Assembly: GCA_963666565.1 (NCBI GenBank)
Contig: OY762911.1
Coordinates: 1,792,001 to 1,856,000, forward strand
Direction of reading: 5' to 3'
Length of the DNA: 64,000 nucleotides
Source of the DNA: Thermoanaerobaculia bacterium
GTDB lineage: Bacteria > Acidobacteriota > Thermoanaerobaculia > Multivoradales > Multivoraceae
In this document: positions 1-10,237 of the stretch, piece after piece
Numbering within the stretch: position 1 is the stretch's first letter
How the letters are laid out: each line of letters starts with the position of its first letter
Notes under the pieces: generated by a model
The model's input: only the letters and a program-made list of their open reading frames with translations
The model's database searches: none
Told to the model about the DNA's origin: nothing
Translations under genes and position numbers: made by a program

Positions 1-1
1 G

Positions 2-655
2 TTCAACGGCGCCCCGGTCGACGAGGCTTGCGCCGCGGCGGCCCGTGCCGCGGCCGACCTCTGCGCCCGGCTGGGACACGAAGTGGTCGAGGCGGCGCCG
101 GAGGTTGACGCCCACGCGCTCGGCCTCGCGACCCGCCTGATCGTCGGCGCGAACGTGCGGGCCACGGTCGCCGAGCGCTGCGAAGTTCTCGGCCGCGAGC
201 CCCGGGACGACGAACTGGAGCCGATCACCCGGGCCACCGCGGCCACCGGCGAGCAGAGCGACGCCGCCGCCTACGCGCGGGCGACCCGCACGGTTCAAGC
301 GACCGGCCGCCGGCTCGCCGCGTTCTTCGGCGAGGGCTTCGATGTCCTGCTGTCGCCGACGATGGCGGCGCCGCCGGCAAGGCTCGGCGTGCTGTCGCTC
401 TCGAACCTGGGCGACGACTACCTGCCGGCGCTCCTGCGGACGATCGGTTTCACCCAGTTGATGAACGTGTGCGGCAACCCCGCCGCCTCGGTGCCGCTCG
501 GCTGGGCCGGCCCGGACGGCGGCCTGCCGGTCGGCGTCCAGATCGCGGCACCGGTCGGCGGCGAGGGCGTGCTGCTGCGGCTGGCGGCGCAGCTCGAGCG
601 GGAGAGTCCCTGGATCGACCGGAAGCCGCCCTGCTCGGCCTGGCGGCGCGGCTAG
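2..655 (+). CDS. amidase signature family protein, 3' part (5' end outside the window)
   Basis: Open frame from base 2. C-terminal amidase motifs DVLLSPT, FTQLMNVCGNPAASVPLG and GLPVGVQI. Confidence 0.85.
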   Translation, partial: FNGAPVDEACAAAARAAADLCARLGHEVVEAAPEVDAHALGLATRLIVGANVRATVAERCEVLGREPRDDELEPITRATAATGEQSDAAAYARATRTVQATGRRLAAFFGEGFDVLLSPTMAAPPARLGVLSLSNLGDDYLPALLRTIGFTQLMNVCGNPAASVPLGWAGPDGGLPVGVQIAAPVGGEGVLLRLAAQLERESPWIDRKPPCSAWRRG

Positions 656-661
656 CAACCG

Positions 662-1546
662 GTGAAGAGACCGCGGCGGACACCCCGGCGCCCGGCGCGC
701 TTCGCGGCGCCGGCGCTTCTTGCCGCCCTGGCCTGGCCGGCGGCGGCCGCCGACGCTCCGCCCTGGCAGCGGCTCGAGTTCCGGGCCCAGAAGCTCTTCC
801 TGTCCGCCGACGCGGCGGTGGAGTTCGATCCCGCCGCGGCGCTACCGGCGGACGACCGCTGCGGCGGCGAGCCGCCGATGCCCGGCTCGGCCGCGCGGAT
901 CCGGATCGAGTCCGCCATGTTCGGCCGGCGCAGCGAGTCGTCGCTGTGGTTTCAGCCGGAGAGCCTGAAGGCGCATCTCCGCGTCCAGGAGGAGCGGGGA
1001 AGCCGGAACCGCTACAAGCTGTACGCGTTCTGCCGCGGCAGCGTGGAGGCGGAGCGGGCGACGCCGAATCCCGGCGAGGCCGATCTGCCCGTGGCGGAAT
1101 GGACCCACCGCTATCCGCTCCATCATCCGGTTCCGCCCGGACTCGAAGCGCCGCTCTCGGAGCCGTCGGCGTTGCTTCGTCTCGTCGGCCGGCTGGCGGC
1201 CCTGCCGGCGGCCGGCGGCGCGGAAGGGCCCTGGACGGTGCCGATGTTCTCGAATCGCCAGGTGCTCGCGGTGCGCATCGAGCGGGATCCGGAGACCGTC
1301 GCGGCGCCGCCCGCGTTCACGGTGGACGGCGGCCCGGCGCCGGCGGAGGTGACCCTGGTTCGCTTCGCGATGACCCCCGAAGCGGTCGGGCCGGAGGGAA
1401 GCGCCGAGGACTTCGAGTTGCTGGGCCTGGAAGGGGCGATCGAGATCGTCGTGGCGAAGGAACTCCAGGCGCCGGTGTCGATCGGCGGCCGCCTCCCGCC
1501 CGCGGGACGGGTCACGGTTCGGCTGCGCCACGTCAAGCTGCGGTAG
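662..1546 (+). CDS. hypothetical secreted protein
   Basis: Signal-peptide-like ALLAALAWPAAAA, coding-like codon use, and it fits between the amidase and the regulator. Confidence 0.7.
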   Translation: MKRPRRTPRRPARFAAPALLAALAWPAAAADAPPWQRLEFRAQKLFLSADAAVEFDPAAALPADDRCGGEPPMPGSAARIRIESAMFGRRSESSLWFQPESLKAHLRVQEERGSRNRYKLYAFCRGSVEAERATPNPGEADLPVAEWTHRYPLHHPVPPGLEAPLSEPSALLRLVGRLAALPAAGGAEGPWTVPMFSNRQVLAVRIERDPETVAAPPAFTVDGGPAPAEVTLVRFAMTPEAVGPEGSAEDFELLGLEGAIEIVVAKELQAPVSIGGRLPPAGRVTVRLRHVKLR

Positions 1547-1556
1547 GGTCCCGCCC

Positions 1557-2216
1557 GTGGGGTCCGAAGGCGCCGGGAACGTGGATCGGGTTCGCGAGGA
1601 GTTCGTGCAGCTCTGGGGGGCGCTGGGCACCTTCTGGGGCGTGCCGCCGACCACGGCGCGGGTCTTCGGCTGGCTGATGGCGCGCAGCGAACCCGCCGAC
1701 GCCCAGGAGATCATGGCGGGCTTGGAGCTCAGCCGCGGCGCGGTCTCCATGGCCTGCAAGGATCTGCGCGAGTGGAAGCTGATCGCTCCCGAGCGGGTGC
1801 CCGGCACCCGCCGGGTCGTCTACCGGCCGGAGACCGACCTGGAGCGCGTGCTCCGGAACGTCGTTCACGTCCGCAAGCGGCGCGAGTGGGACCCGATTCG
1901 CGAGAACATGCGGGACTGGATTCCGGCCCTGGAAGCCTCGTCCTCCGCCGGAGAAGCGGCCTCTCCCGAGAACGAGGTGTTTCTGAAGCGCCTGCGGGCC
2001 ATCGACCAGGTCATGGGACGCGCGGACGCGATCGCGGAGTTCCTGCTCAACGGCGGCACGGTGACGGACTTCGGCCTCAAGGTCCTGCTGGGAGCGGGAG
2101 GGGTTGCCGCGCGGCTCGGCAACCTCGCGTTCCGCGAGGCGCAATCGTTCTCGGGCAAGTCCGCGCCGCCGGTGGAACCGGTGGCGGACCTCGACCCGGA
2201 GGAGCAGGAGAGTTGA
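1557..2216 (+). CDS. GbsR/MarR family transcriptional regulator
   Basis: FVQLWGALGTFWGVPPTTARVFGWL, EIMAGLELSRGAVSMACKDL and RKRREWDP are typical of GbsR. Confidence 0.85.
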   Translation: MGSEGAGNVDRVREEFVQLWGALGTFWGVPPTTARVFGWLMARSEPADAQEIMAGLELSRGAVSMACKDLREWKLIAPERVPGTRRVVYRPETDLERVLRNVVHVRKRREWDPIRENMRDWIPALEASSSAGEAASPENEVFLKRLRAIDQVMGRADAIAEFLLNGGTVTDFGLKVLLGAGGVAARLGNLAFREAQSFSGKSAPPVEPVADLDPEEQES

Positions 2217-3370
2217 CCGTCCCGGCGGATCGCCCGGCCGGGCGGGTCGTGGACGACGAGGTGCTCGGGCGCCTCCGCGACCTCTGCGACGACGGGGGCC
2301 TGCACGACCTGGCCGCGACGATCGGCGACTTGGCGGGTTTCGTGCGGGACGACCTCGCCGGGGTCGAGGACGATCTGGCGGCGCTGTCGACCGGCGGCAC
2401 GCTGGTCGGCGAGGCGGGCGCTTCCCTGGTCCACCTGGGCGGCAAGCGGCTCCGGCCGCTGTGCGTGCTGCTGGCGTCGCGGGTCGGGTCGGCGCCGGCC
2501 TCGGCGGTGCGCGACATCGCGGTGGCGGCCGAGCTGGTCCACAACGCCACCCTGCTGCACGACGACGTGGTCGACCACGCGGACCGGCGTCGCGGGCGGC
2601 CGACGGCGCGGGTCGAACTGGGCAACGCGGCCTCGATCTTCGCCGGCGACTATCTCCTGATCGAGGCGCTGAACCGCGTGCAGCGGGCCGGCGTTCCGGG
2701 CGTCATGGAGGGCCTGCTCGCGACGATCGCCGAGATGATCCGCGCCGAGTCCCTCCAGCTCGAGAACCGCGGCTCTCTCGACGCGTCCGAGGATCTCTAC
2801 TTCGAGGTCGCCCGGGGCAAGTCGGCGGCCCTGTTTCGCTGGGCGCTGGGCGCCGGCGCGGCGAGCGGCGGCGCTTCGCCCGAGCTCTGCGGCGCGCTCC
2901 AGGCCTACGGCGAGTCGATCGGGATCGCGTTCCAGTTGATCGACGACCTGCTCGACCTGGTCGGGCACCACAGCAACACCGGCAAGACCCTGTTCAGCGA
3001 CCTGTCCGAGGGCAAGATCACCTATCCGCTGATCGTCGCGCTGGAGCGCGAGCCGGAGCTCATGGACACCGTTCGCGCCATGGCCGTCGAGGCGGTTTCG
3101 TCGTGGGACGGCGACGGGCGCCCGCTCGGCGGCCCGGGCTCGAACGGCGACGGTTCGGGGAACGGACACCCGGGCTGCGCCAACGGGGCGGGCCGGGGGC
3201 GCGAGCGCGTCCTGGAAGCGATGGCGCGCCACGGCGTGGAGTCCGTCTGCCGCGACCTGGCCGCGACCTACGCGGACGAGGGGATCGAGGCCCTGGCGGG
3301 TGTTCCCGACGGGGCCGCGCGCCGCGCCCTGACCGTCGTGGCGCGGGCCAGCGTCCTGCGGGAACGATGA
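2213..3370 (+). CDS. long-chain polyprenyl diphosphate synthase
   Basis: GGKRLRP, FARM LLHDDVVD..RRG and SARM FQLIDDLLD. TTG start overlaps the upstream TGA (TTGA) after GGAG. Confidence 0.9.
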   Translation: MTVPADRPAGRVVDDEVLGRLRDLCDDGGLHDLAATIGDLAGFVRDDLAGVEDDLAALSTGGTLVGEAGASLVHLGGKRLRPLCVLLASRVGSAPASAVRDIAVAAELVHNATLLHDDVVDHADRRRGRPTARVELGNAASIFAGDYLLIEALNRVQRAGVPGVMEGLLATIAEMIRAESLQLENRGSLDASEDLYFEVARGKSAALFRWALGAGAASGGASPELCGALQAYGESIGIAFQLIDDLLDLVGHHSNTGKTLFSDLSEGKITYPLIVALEREPELMDTVRAMAVEAVSSWDGDGRPLGGPGSNGDGSGNGHPGCANGAGRGRERVLEAMARHGVESVCRDLAATYADEGIEALAGVPDGAARRALTVVARASVLRER

Positions 3371-4128
3371 TGACGCTGGCTTCGCCGCTGGCCGGCCGCG
3401 GCGACGGGTCGGGCGCGATGTTCGACGGGATCGCCGCCCGCTACGACCTGCTGAACCGCCTGAACTCCCTCGGACTGGATCGGGGCTGGCGCCGGGCGGC
3501 GGCGGAGGCGCTGGCGCCGGCCGCGGCCGCCGGCCGGCCGCCGCGCATGCTGGACGTCGCGTCCGGCACGGGTGACCTGGCGATCGCCATGGCGAGGCGG
3601 TTTCCGTCGGCGGTCGTCGACGGGGTCGACGCGTCGGCCGCGATGACTTCCATCGGCCGGGAGAAGGTCGAGCGGGCCGGCCTCGCGGACCGCGTTACCC
3701 TGGCGGCTGGCGACGCCCGGGACCTGGGTTTCCCCGACCGCTGCTTCGACGCGGCGGCGATCGCCTTCGGCATTCGCAACGTCCCCGACCGGCCGCGCGC
3801 TCTGCGCGAGCTGGCGAGGGTGACGAGGCCGGGCGGCCGCGTCGCGGTGCTCGAACTCGGCGAGCCGCCCGCGGGACCGCTGGCGGCGCTCGCCCGCTTC
3901 CACATCCGCGTCGTCGTGCCCCTGATGGGGGCGCTTCTCGCCGGCGGCGAGGAGTACCGGTACCTGCGGCGGTCGATTCGCGCGTTTCCCCCCGCGCCGG
4001 AGTTCGCGCGGACGATGGCCGCCGCCGGCCTCCAGCCGGTGGAGACGCGGCCACTGACCCTCGGGGTGTGCAACCTCTTCGTGGCCAGCCCGGCCGGCGC
4101 GCGGGCCTCCCGGGGCGCGGTCTCTTGA
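3367..4128 (+). CDS. menG: demethylmenaquinone methyltransferase (UbiE/MenG)
   Basis: MFDGIAARYDLLNRLNSLGLD, LDVASGTGD, AFGIRNV and YRYL..SI..FP. ATGA overlap. Confidence 0.9.
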   Translation: MMTLASPLAGRGDGSGAMFDGIAARYDLLNRLNSLGLDRGWRRAAAEALAPAAAAGRPPRMLDVASGTGDLAIAMARRFPSAVVDGVDASAAMTSIGREKVERAGLADRVTLAAGDARDLGFPDRCFDAAAIAFGIRNVPDRPRALRELARVTRPGGRVAVLELGEPPAGPLAALARFHIRVVVPLMGALLAGGEEYRYLRRSIRAFPPAPEFARTMAAAGLQPVETRPLTLGVCNLFVASPAGARASRGAVS

Positions 4129-5678
4129 CTTCGCCGGCCGTCGGACCGCGTTCGGGTCGGGAGGCGCTGCCGCCGCGTCCCGGGCTCCTGGCGGTGGCCG
4201 TGGGAGCTCCGCGGGTCGCTCCCGAGGACTTCCTCCGGCTGGCTTCCCGGCGGTTTCGCGAGCACGGTCCGGCGGGGCATCTGTGGTCGCCGTCCGAAGG
4301 GATGCAGTGCGCCGGCTGGGGCGTGGCGCGCCGTTTCGAGGTCGGCGCGGGGGCGGAGACCGCCGGATTCGCGGCCGCGAACGGGGACGGCGGCGGGGAG
4401 CGCGCGGCTCGCGGCGCTCCCGCGCCCCGCGCGACGCTCGACCGGGTCGTCGCCCGGGCCTCCGTTCTGTTCCGCGAACTGGCCGGCGAGGACGACGTGC
4501 CGTTGCGGCTCTTCGGCGGGCTCGCGTTCGATCCGGGCGCGAACGGCGCCGCCGCCTCGACGGACTGGGACGAGTTCGGCGCCGGCAGCTTCGTTCTGCC
4601 GCGGCTGGGCTACGCCGCCGGCGCGGATGCCGCGCACCTGTATGCGGTCGTCGACCCCGCGGCCGGCGAGGCGGCGCGGGAGTGGCGGCGCCGCCTGCGG
4701 CGCCTGGCGGAAGAGCTCGATCCGGCGGGCGGATCCGGCGGCGGCGCGAACGGCAAGGGGAACCTGGGCGAGCTGCCGGAGGCGGTCCAGGCTTCGAACG
4801 GCCTGCCGGAGATCCTCCTCGGCAGCGACCGCCCGGCCGCCTCGGAGTGGCTTCGCCGGGTCGACGAGCTGCGCCGGGAGGTCCGCTTCGGGCGGCTGGA
4901 GAAGGTCGTCGCGGCGCGGGCCGTCGAACTCGATCTCGACCGGCCGTTCGGCATCGACGATCTGGCCCGCATCGCCGGGCGGCTTCGGCAAGCCATGCCG
5001 ACCTGCACCCGCTTCGCCTTCCTGCGCGGCGGCTCGATCTTCTTCGGCGCGACGCCGGAATTGCTGGTCCGTCGCCGGGGCCGCCGGATCGAAACCCAGG
5101 CGCTGGCCGGTTCGATCGCCAGCGATCCTTCGCCGGAGCGCCGCCGCGAACTGGAGCGGCGTCTGCTCGCGAGCGCGAAGGACCGGCTGGAGCACGACGT
5201 CGTCGTGCGCTACCTCGTCGAGCGCCTCGACCGGAGCTGCGGCGCGGTGGTGCCCCCGGCCGCGCCGGGAGTCCGCGTTCTGCCGAACCTGATGCACCTG
5301 GAGACGCCGATTCGCGCCGCGCTGCCGGAGACCGTGGAACCGCCGCACGTGCTGCGGCTGGTGCGCGCGCTGCACCCGACGCCGGCGGTCGCGGGCAGGC
5401 CGACCGCCCCCGCCCTGGCGGCCATCCGCCGCACCGAGGACCGGGACCGGGGCTGGTACGCCGGCCCCGTCGGGTGGTTCGACGGCAGCGGCGACGGCGA
5501 GTTCTCCGTGGCGCTGCGCTCCTGTCTGGCGACCGGGCGGCGCGGCCTGCTCTACTCGGGCAACGGCATCGTCGCCGACTCCGACCCGGCGCGCGAGCTG
5601 GCCGAGACGAACCTCAAGCTGGACGCGATTCTCGGAGCATGGGGCCAGGAGTCCGCGCGGCGCCAGCGGCACGGGTGA
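4125..5678 (+). CDS. menF: isochorismate synthase
   Basis: KVVAAR, FFGATPELL, ALAGS, KDRLEH, LHPTPAV and RGWYAGPVGW. TTGA overlap; men context. Confidence 0.88.
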   Translation: MTSPAVGPRSGREALPPRPGLLAVAVGAPRVAPEDFLRLASRRFREHGPAGHLWSPSEGMQCAGWGVARRFEVGAGAETAGFAAANGDGGGERAARGAPAPRATLDRVVARASVLFRELAGEDDVPLRLFGGLAFDPGANGAAASTDWDEFGAGSFVLPRLGYAAGADAAHLYAVVDPAAGEAAREWRRRLRRLAEELDPAGGSGGGANGKGNLGELPEAVQASNGLPEILLGSDRPAASEWLRRVDELRREVRFGRLEKVVAARAVELDLDRPFGIDDLARIAGRLRQAMPTCTRFAFLRGGSIFFGATPELLVRRRGRRIETQALAGSIASDPSPERRRELERRLLASAKDRLEHDVVVRYLVERLDRSCGAVVPPAAPGVRVLPNLMHLETPIRAALPETVEPPHVLRLVRALHPTPAVAGRPTAPALAAIRRTEDRDRGWYAGPVGWFDGSGDGEFSVALRSCLATGRRGLLYSGNGIVADSDPARELAETNLKLDAILGAWGQESARRQRHG

Positions 5679-7561
5679 CGCAAGGGGCAGCAGACCGCGT
5701 GCGCGGGTCTTCCGACCCGCCTGGGGCGGCGGGCGAGGCGCAGTTTCAGCGCGCGCGCCTCCTGGTCGGCGCCCTGGTTCAGGCCGGCGTCCGGCGGGCG
5801 GTCACCAGTCCGGGTTCCCGCTCGACGCCGCTGGTGCTGGCGGCGCTGGACGCCGCGACCGCCGGGCTCGAGGTCGCCAGCGTCATCGACGAGCGGGCGG
5901 CGGGGTTCTTCGCACTCGGCCAGGCGCGGGCGACCGGCGCGCCGACCGTCCTGATCTGCACGTCGGGGACTGCGCCGGCGCACTACCTGCCGGCGATGAT
6001 GGAAGCCCGCGAGGCCGGCGTTCCCCTGATCGCCCTCACCGCAGACCGGCCGATGGAGTTGATGGACTGCGGCGCGCCCCAGACGACGGACCAGACGAAG
6101 CTCTTCGGCGCGGTCGTCAACCACTTCGCCGAGGTCGATCTCGCGGGTCGGGTCGATCCGCTGAGCCTGCGGGCGCTCCGCCGGACCGCCGCGCAGGCCG
6201 TGTTCCGGTCGCGCTGGCCCCGGCCGGGCGCGGTCCACCTGAACGCGCGGGCGCGCAAGCCGCTCGAGCCGGAGGCGGCCAGAGAGCCCGTCGCCGCGGG
6301 GGGTTCGCTCGCGGCGGCGGTCGACGCACTGCTCGATGAGCCGGTCGAGGCGGCCGTGCCGGCAACGCAACCGGATTCGGCGGCGCTGGATCGGGCGGCG
6401 GCGTTGTGCAAGCGGGCGGACCGTGGCCTGATCGTCGCCGGCGCCATGCCGTTGCCGTCGCAGTCGAGGCGAAGCCGCGGCGGCAACGTTTACGGCCTGG
6501 CCGAACTGGCGAACAGTGCCGGTTTCGCGCTGGCGGCCGAGGCGACCAGCCAGAGCCGGTTCCTGGAGCCGGATGTCCGAGGCGGAACCGGCCACCTTGC
6601 CGATTGCCTGGGCGCGGCCTGGGCGGCCGGCGAGGAAGGGGCACCGCCGGCGCCGGATCTCGTCGTGCAGGTCGGCGCCGCGCCGGTGTCGGCCGGCCTC
6701 CAGCGCCTGCTGGAGACCTGCGGCGCGCCGCAGATCGTGATCTCGGACGGTCCGTGGACCGATCCGGTCGGTCTGGCGTCGGTGTTTCTGCCGGGAAACG
6801 TCGAGGCCGCCGTCGCCGGCCTCTGCTCCCGGTTGGACGCAGCGCCGGAGGCGCCGGCCGGCGACGGATGGCGCCGCGAGGTTCTGACCCTCGCCAGCCG
6901 GTTTCGGGAGACGGCCGCGGGCGTCGGCGCCGATTCCGGCGAGTGCGGCTTCCACGACGGCGAAGCGGCGCGGGCGGCGGTGGAGGCGACGCCGGCCGGC
7001 GCTCTGCTCATGCTCGGCAACAGTTTGCCCGTGCGCCTGGTGGAAGACTGGGTCGGCAGGGTGGAGCGGCGCATCTGGGTTGCCAGCCAGCGCGGCTTGA
7101 GCGGCATCGACGGCCTGGTTGCCGGGTTCCTGGGCTCGCTCTCCGCCGGCGGCTTCCCTGCAGGCGTGCTGCTGCTCGGCGACGTCGGTCTGCTGCACGA
7201 TCTCGACGGTCTGGCGATCGCTTCCGAGTACGGCGACGGTCCGCCGGCCCCGATCGTCGTCATCGACAACGGTGGCGGACGGATCTTCGAGCGTCTTCCG
7301 ATCGCGAAGGCCGAGGTCTTTCGCGGTCCGGCCGGGAGGCACTGGCTCACGCCGCACGGAGTCGACTTCGGCGGGCTGGCCCGGGCGTTCGGCGTGCCTC
7401 ACTCGCGAGTGGAAGATGCCTCGGCGCTCGAGCGGGAGACCGCGGCGGCCCTCGACCGGAGAGGCGTTTCCCTGATCGTTGCAGAGGTCGCTGCCGGCGC
7501 TCTGGCGGCGGCCGAAGAGTCGCTGCGGCAGGCCATGCACGCGGCGTCAGCGTCGCGATGA
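5675..7561 (+). CDS. menD: SEPHCHC synthase (ThDP-dependent)
   Basis: SPGSRSTPL, DERAAGFFALG, CTSGTA, TADRP, RGLSGIDG and GD..LLHD...DNGGGRIF. GTGA overlap. Confidence 0.92.
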   Translation: MTQGAADRVRGSSDPPGAAGEAQFQRARLLVGALVQAGVRRAVTSPGSRSTPLVLAALDAATAGLEVASVIDERAAGFFALGQARATGAPTVLICTSGTAPAHYLPAMMEAREAGVPLIALTADRPMELMDCGAPQTTDQTKLFGAVVNHFAEVDLAGRVDPLSLRALRRTAAQAVFRSRWPRPGAVHLNARARKPLEPEAAREPVAAGGSLAAAVDALLDEPVEAAVPATQPDSAALDRAAALCKRADRGLIVAGAMPLPSQSRRSRGGNVYGLAELANSAGFALAAEATSQSRFLEPDVRGGTGHLADCLGAAWAAGEEGAPPAPDLVVQVGAAPVSAGLQRLLETCGAPQIVISDGPWTDPVGLASVFLPGNVEAAVAGLCSRLDAAPEAPAGDGWRREVLTLASRFRETAAGVGADSGECGFHDGEAARAAVEATPAGALLMLGNSLPVRLVEDWVGRVERRIWVASQRGLSGIDGLVAGFLGSLSAGGFPAGVLLLGDVGLLHDLDGLAIASEYGDGPPAPIVVIDNGGGRIFERLPIAKAEVFRGPAGRHWLTPHGVDFGGLARAFGVPHSRVEDASALERETAAALDRRGVSLIVAEVAAGALAAAEESLRQAMHAASASR

Positions 7562-8463
7562 CCGCTGGGTGCGCGGATCTTCCGACCCGCTGCCGCCGCA
7601 GGCGGCCGACAAGCAGTGCCGCCGTTCTGATTCACGGCTTCTCGGCCAGTCCCGCGAGTTGGCGGCGGGTGGAAGCGCAGCTCGATGCGCCGAGCCACGC
7701 GCTGGCGGTCTGCGGTCACGCCGGCGAGAGTCCGCCGTCGACCTCCGCAGGCCCCGCCGCCTTCGAGGCCGAGGTCGATCGGCTGGCCACGGTCGTCCAG
7801 GCCGAAGTGCCGGCGCCTCGCCTGGTGGTCGGTTACTCCCTGGGCGGGCGGCTGGCTCTAGGCCTGCTGGTCCGTCATCCGGTTCTGTTCCAGGGCGCCG
7901 TTCTGATCGGCGCGAACCCTGGAATCGCCGGAGAAGACGCTCGCGCCGCACGCCGGGGCGACGACGAGCGCTGGGCACGGTTGATTGAGGAAGAGGGCCT
8001 CGCCGCCTTCGATCGGCAATGGTCGGACCTGCCTCTGTTCCGCAGCCAGCGGCGGCTTGAAGCGGACGTGCTGGAAGAGCAGCGGGCAATCCGCCTCGGC
8101 CACGATGCGGCTGCTCTCGCTGGCGCGATGATGGCGCTCAGCCTCGGCGCCATGCCGGACTACCGACCCGCACTCCGCGGCGTCGCCTGCCGGGTCGAGT
8201 TGATCGTTGGCGGTCTGGACGCGAAGTTCGAGTCACTGGCTCGGCAGATGGCGAAGGCGCTTCCAAACGCTTCGGTCCACGTCGTCGAAGGCGCCGGCCA
8301 CAACGTGCCTCTGGAAGCGCCGGCCGAGCTGGCCCGCCTGCTGAACGCGACTCTGGACAAGACCGCTGCCAGAGAGTCGGTGCACGGCAAGCGTATCGGG
8401 ACAGCCGGGGCCGATGACGAGGGCCGTTGTAGTGTCGCCGGTCGAAGGAGGCGCGGGGGATGA
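7558..8463 (+). CDS. menH: SHCHC synthase (alpha/beta hydrolase)
   Basis: LIHGF, GYSLGGR, R..DD..WA, LF.SQ, G.LD.KF and GAGHNV. ATGA overlap. Confidence 0.88.
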   Translation: MTAGCADLPTRCRRRRPTSSAAVLIHGFSASPASWRRVEAQLDAPSHALAVCGHAGESPPSTSAGPAAFEAEVDRLATVVQAEVPAPRLVVGYSLGGRLALGLLVRHPVLFQGAVLIGANPGIAGEDARAARRGDDERWARLIEEEGLAAFDRQWSDLPLFRSQRRLEADVLEEQRAIRLGHDAAALAGAMMALSLGAMPDYRPALRGVACRVELIVGGLDAKFESLARQMAKALPNASVHVVEGAGHNVPLEAPAELARLLNATLDKTAARESVHGKRIGTAGADDEGRCSVAGRRRRGG

Positions 8464-9308
8464 GTGGAGAATCGCACCAGGAATGGCGGACGGCCGGCGA
8501 GTACACCGACATCCGCTACGAGAAGTCCTACGTGGACGGCGAGCCGGAGGGGGTAGCCAAGATCACGATCGACCGGCCGGAGGTGCGCAACGCGTTCCGG
8601 CCGCTGACGGTCCAGGAGATGAGCGCGGCGGTGGACGTGGCCCGCGACGACGGCGAGGTCGGCGCGGTCATCCTCACCGGCCAAGGGCGAAGCGCCTTCT
8701 GTTCGGGCGGCGACCAGCGCATCCGGGGCGATGCCGGCTACGTCGGCGACGACGGCGTGCCGCGCCTGAACGTCCTCGACCTGCAACGCCAGATCCGCAC
8801 GCTGCCCAAGCCGGTCGTGGCGATGGTCGCCGGCTACGCGATCGGCGGCGGCCATGTGCTGCACATGGTCTGCGACCTGACCATCGCCGCCGACAACGCC
8901 CGCTTCGGCCAGACCGGGCCGCGCGTGGGCAGCTTCGACGGCGGCTACGGCGCCTCGTACATGGCGCGGATCGTGGGCCAGAAGAAGGCGCGCGAGATCT
9001 GGTTCCTGTGCCGCCAGTACAACGCCCGGCAGGCGCTGGACATGGGCCTGGTCAACACGGTCGTGCCCCTCGATCGGCTCGAGGAGGAGACGCTTCAGTG
9101 GTGCCGGGAGATGCTGGCCAACAGTCCGATGGCTCTTCGTTGCCTGAAGGCGGCGATGAACGCGGACTGCGACGGCCAGGCCGGTCTGCAGGAACTGGCG
9201 GGGAACGCGACCCTGCTGTTCTACATGACGCAGGAGGGGCAGGAGGGACGGCAGGCGTTCCTGGAGAAGCGGAAGCCGGACTTCTCGAAGTTCCAGCGCT
9301 ATCCATGA
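8460..9308 (+). CDS. menB: 1,4-dihydroxy-2-naphthoyl-CoA synthase
   Basis: [28 protein letters not shown] and [14 protein letters not shown]. Confidence 0.97.
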   Translation: MSGESHQEWRTAGEYTDIRYEKSYVDGEPEGVAKITIDRPEVRNAFRPLTVQEMSAAVDVARDDGEVGAVILTGQGRSAFCSGGDQRIRGDAGYVGDDGVPRLNVLDLQRQIRTLPKPVVAMVAGYAIGGGHVLHMVCDLTIAADNARFGQTGPRVGSFDGGYGASYMARIVGQKKAREIWFLCRQYNARQALDMGLVNTVVPLDRLEEETLQWCREMLANSPMALRCLKAAMNADCDGQAGLQELAGNATLLFYMTQEGQEGRQAFLEKRKPDFSKFQRYP

Positions 9309-10237
9309 GCCCGGGCGGCTCGGGCTCGGCTGGCCCGGCGACCGGAGACGACCGGCCGGGCAAGCTGGCCGCCTGGTTCGAGGCAGTCCGCCCGAAAACG
9401 CTCTGGGCCGGCGTCGCGCCGGTGCTCGTGGGGACCGCCTGCGCCGCTTCGGTGGGCGGTTCGCGCCCCGGTCCGGCGCTGGCCGCGCTGGGGACGGCGC
9501 TCGGTCTTCAGATCGGCACGAACCTGTCGAACGACGTCCTGGACTTCGACCGCGGCGCCGACACGGAGAAGCGTGTCGGTCCGCGGCGAGCGGTCCAGTC
9601 CGGCCTGCTGAGTCGCGGCGAGGTCTGGGTCGGCGCCTGGTGCGCGTTCGGAGCGGCCGTGCTCTGCGGCCTCTACCTGGCGTCGGTTGCCGGCTGGCCC
9701 GTGCTCGCGGTGGGCGCCGTCGCGATTGCCTCCGGTCTGCTCTACACCGCCGGCCCCTGGCCGCTCGCCTACGTCGGCCTGGGCGACGTGTTCGTACTGC
9801 TCTTCTTCGGTCCGGTGGCGGTTGTCGGGACGACGTGGGTACAGGCGCTTTCCGCGCCGCCATCGGCCTGGTGGGCCGGCCTTGCCGTGGGCTCGCTGTC
9901 CGTGGCGATTCTCGTCACGAACAACCTCCGCGACGAGGAAACGGACGCGGCAGCCGGGAAGCTGACCCTGATCGTGCGATTCGGCCGCCGCTTCGGTCTC
10001 GTCGAGTACGCGGCGTTTCTCGGCTTGGCCTTCCTCGCCGTGTTGCCGACCGTGGCGGTCCTCGGCCCGTGGCCCTTGCTCTCGTGGCTTGCCCTCCCGT
10101 TCGCGGTCGCCGTGCTGCGGTCCGTCTGGCGCGGCGAGGGCGCGGCCCTCAACGGGGCGCTGGCGGCGACCGCCCGCCTGCTCCTGCTGTTCGGCGTGCT
10201 CCTGTCGGCCGGCATCGTCCTGGGGCCCCGGACCTGA
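9305..10237 (+). CDS. menA: 1,4-dihydroxy-2-naphthoate polyprenyltransferase
   Basis: [32 protein letters not shown] and [14 protein letters not shown]; multiple TM segments. Confidence 0.93.
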   Translation: MSPGGSGSAGPATGDDRPGKLAAWFEAVRPKTLWAGVAPVLVGTACAASVGGSRPGPALAALGTALGLQIGTNLSNDVLDFDRGADTEKRVGPRRAVQSGLLSRGEVWVGAWCAFGAAVLCGLYLASVAGWPVLAVGAVAIASGLLYTAGPWPLAYVGLGDVFVLLFFGPVAVVGTTWVQALSAPPSAWWAGLAVGSLSVAILVTNNLRDEETDAAAGKLTLIVRFGRRFGLVEYAAFLGLAFLAVLPTVAVLGPWPLLSWLALPFAVAVLRSVWRGEGAALNGALAATARLLLLFGVLLSAGIVLGPRT

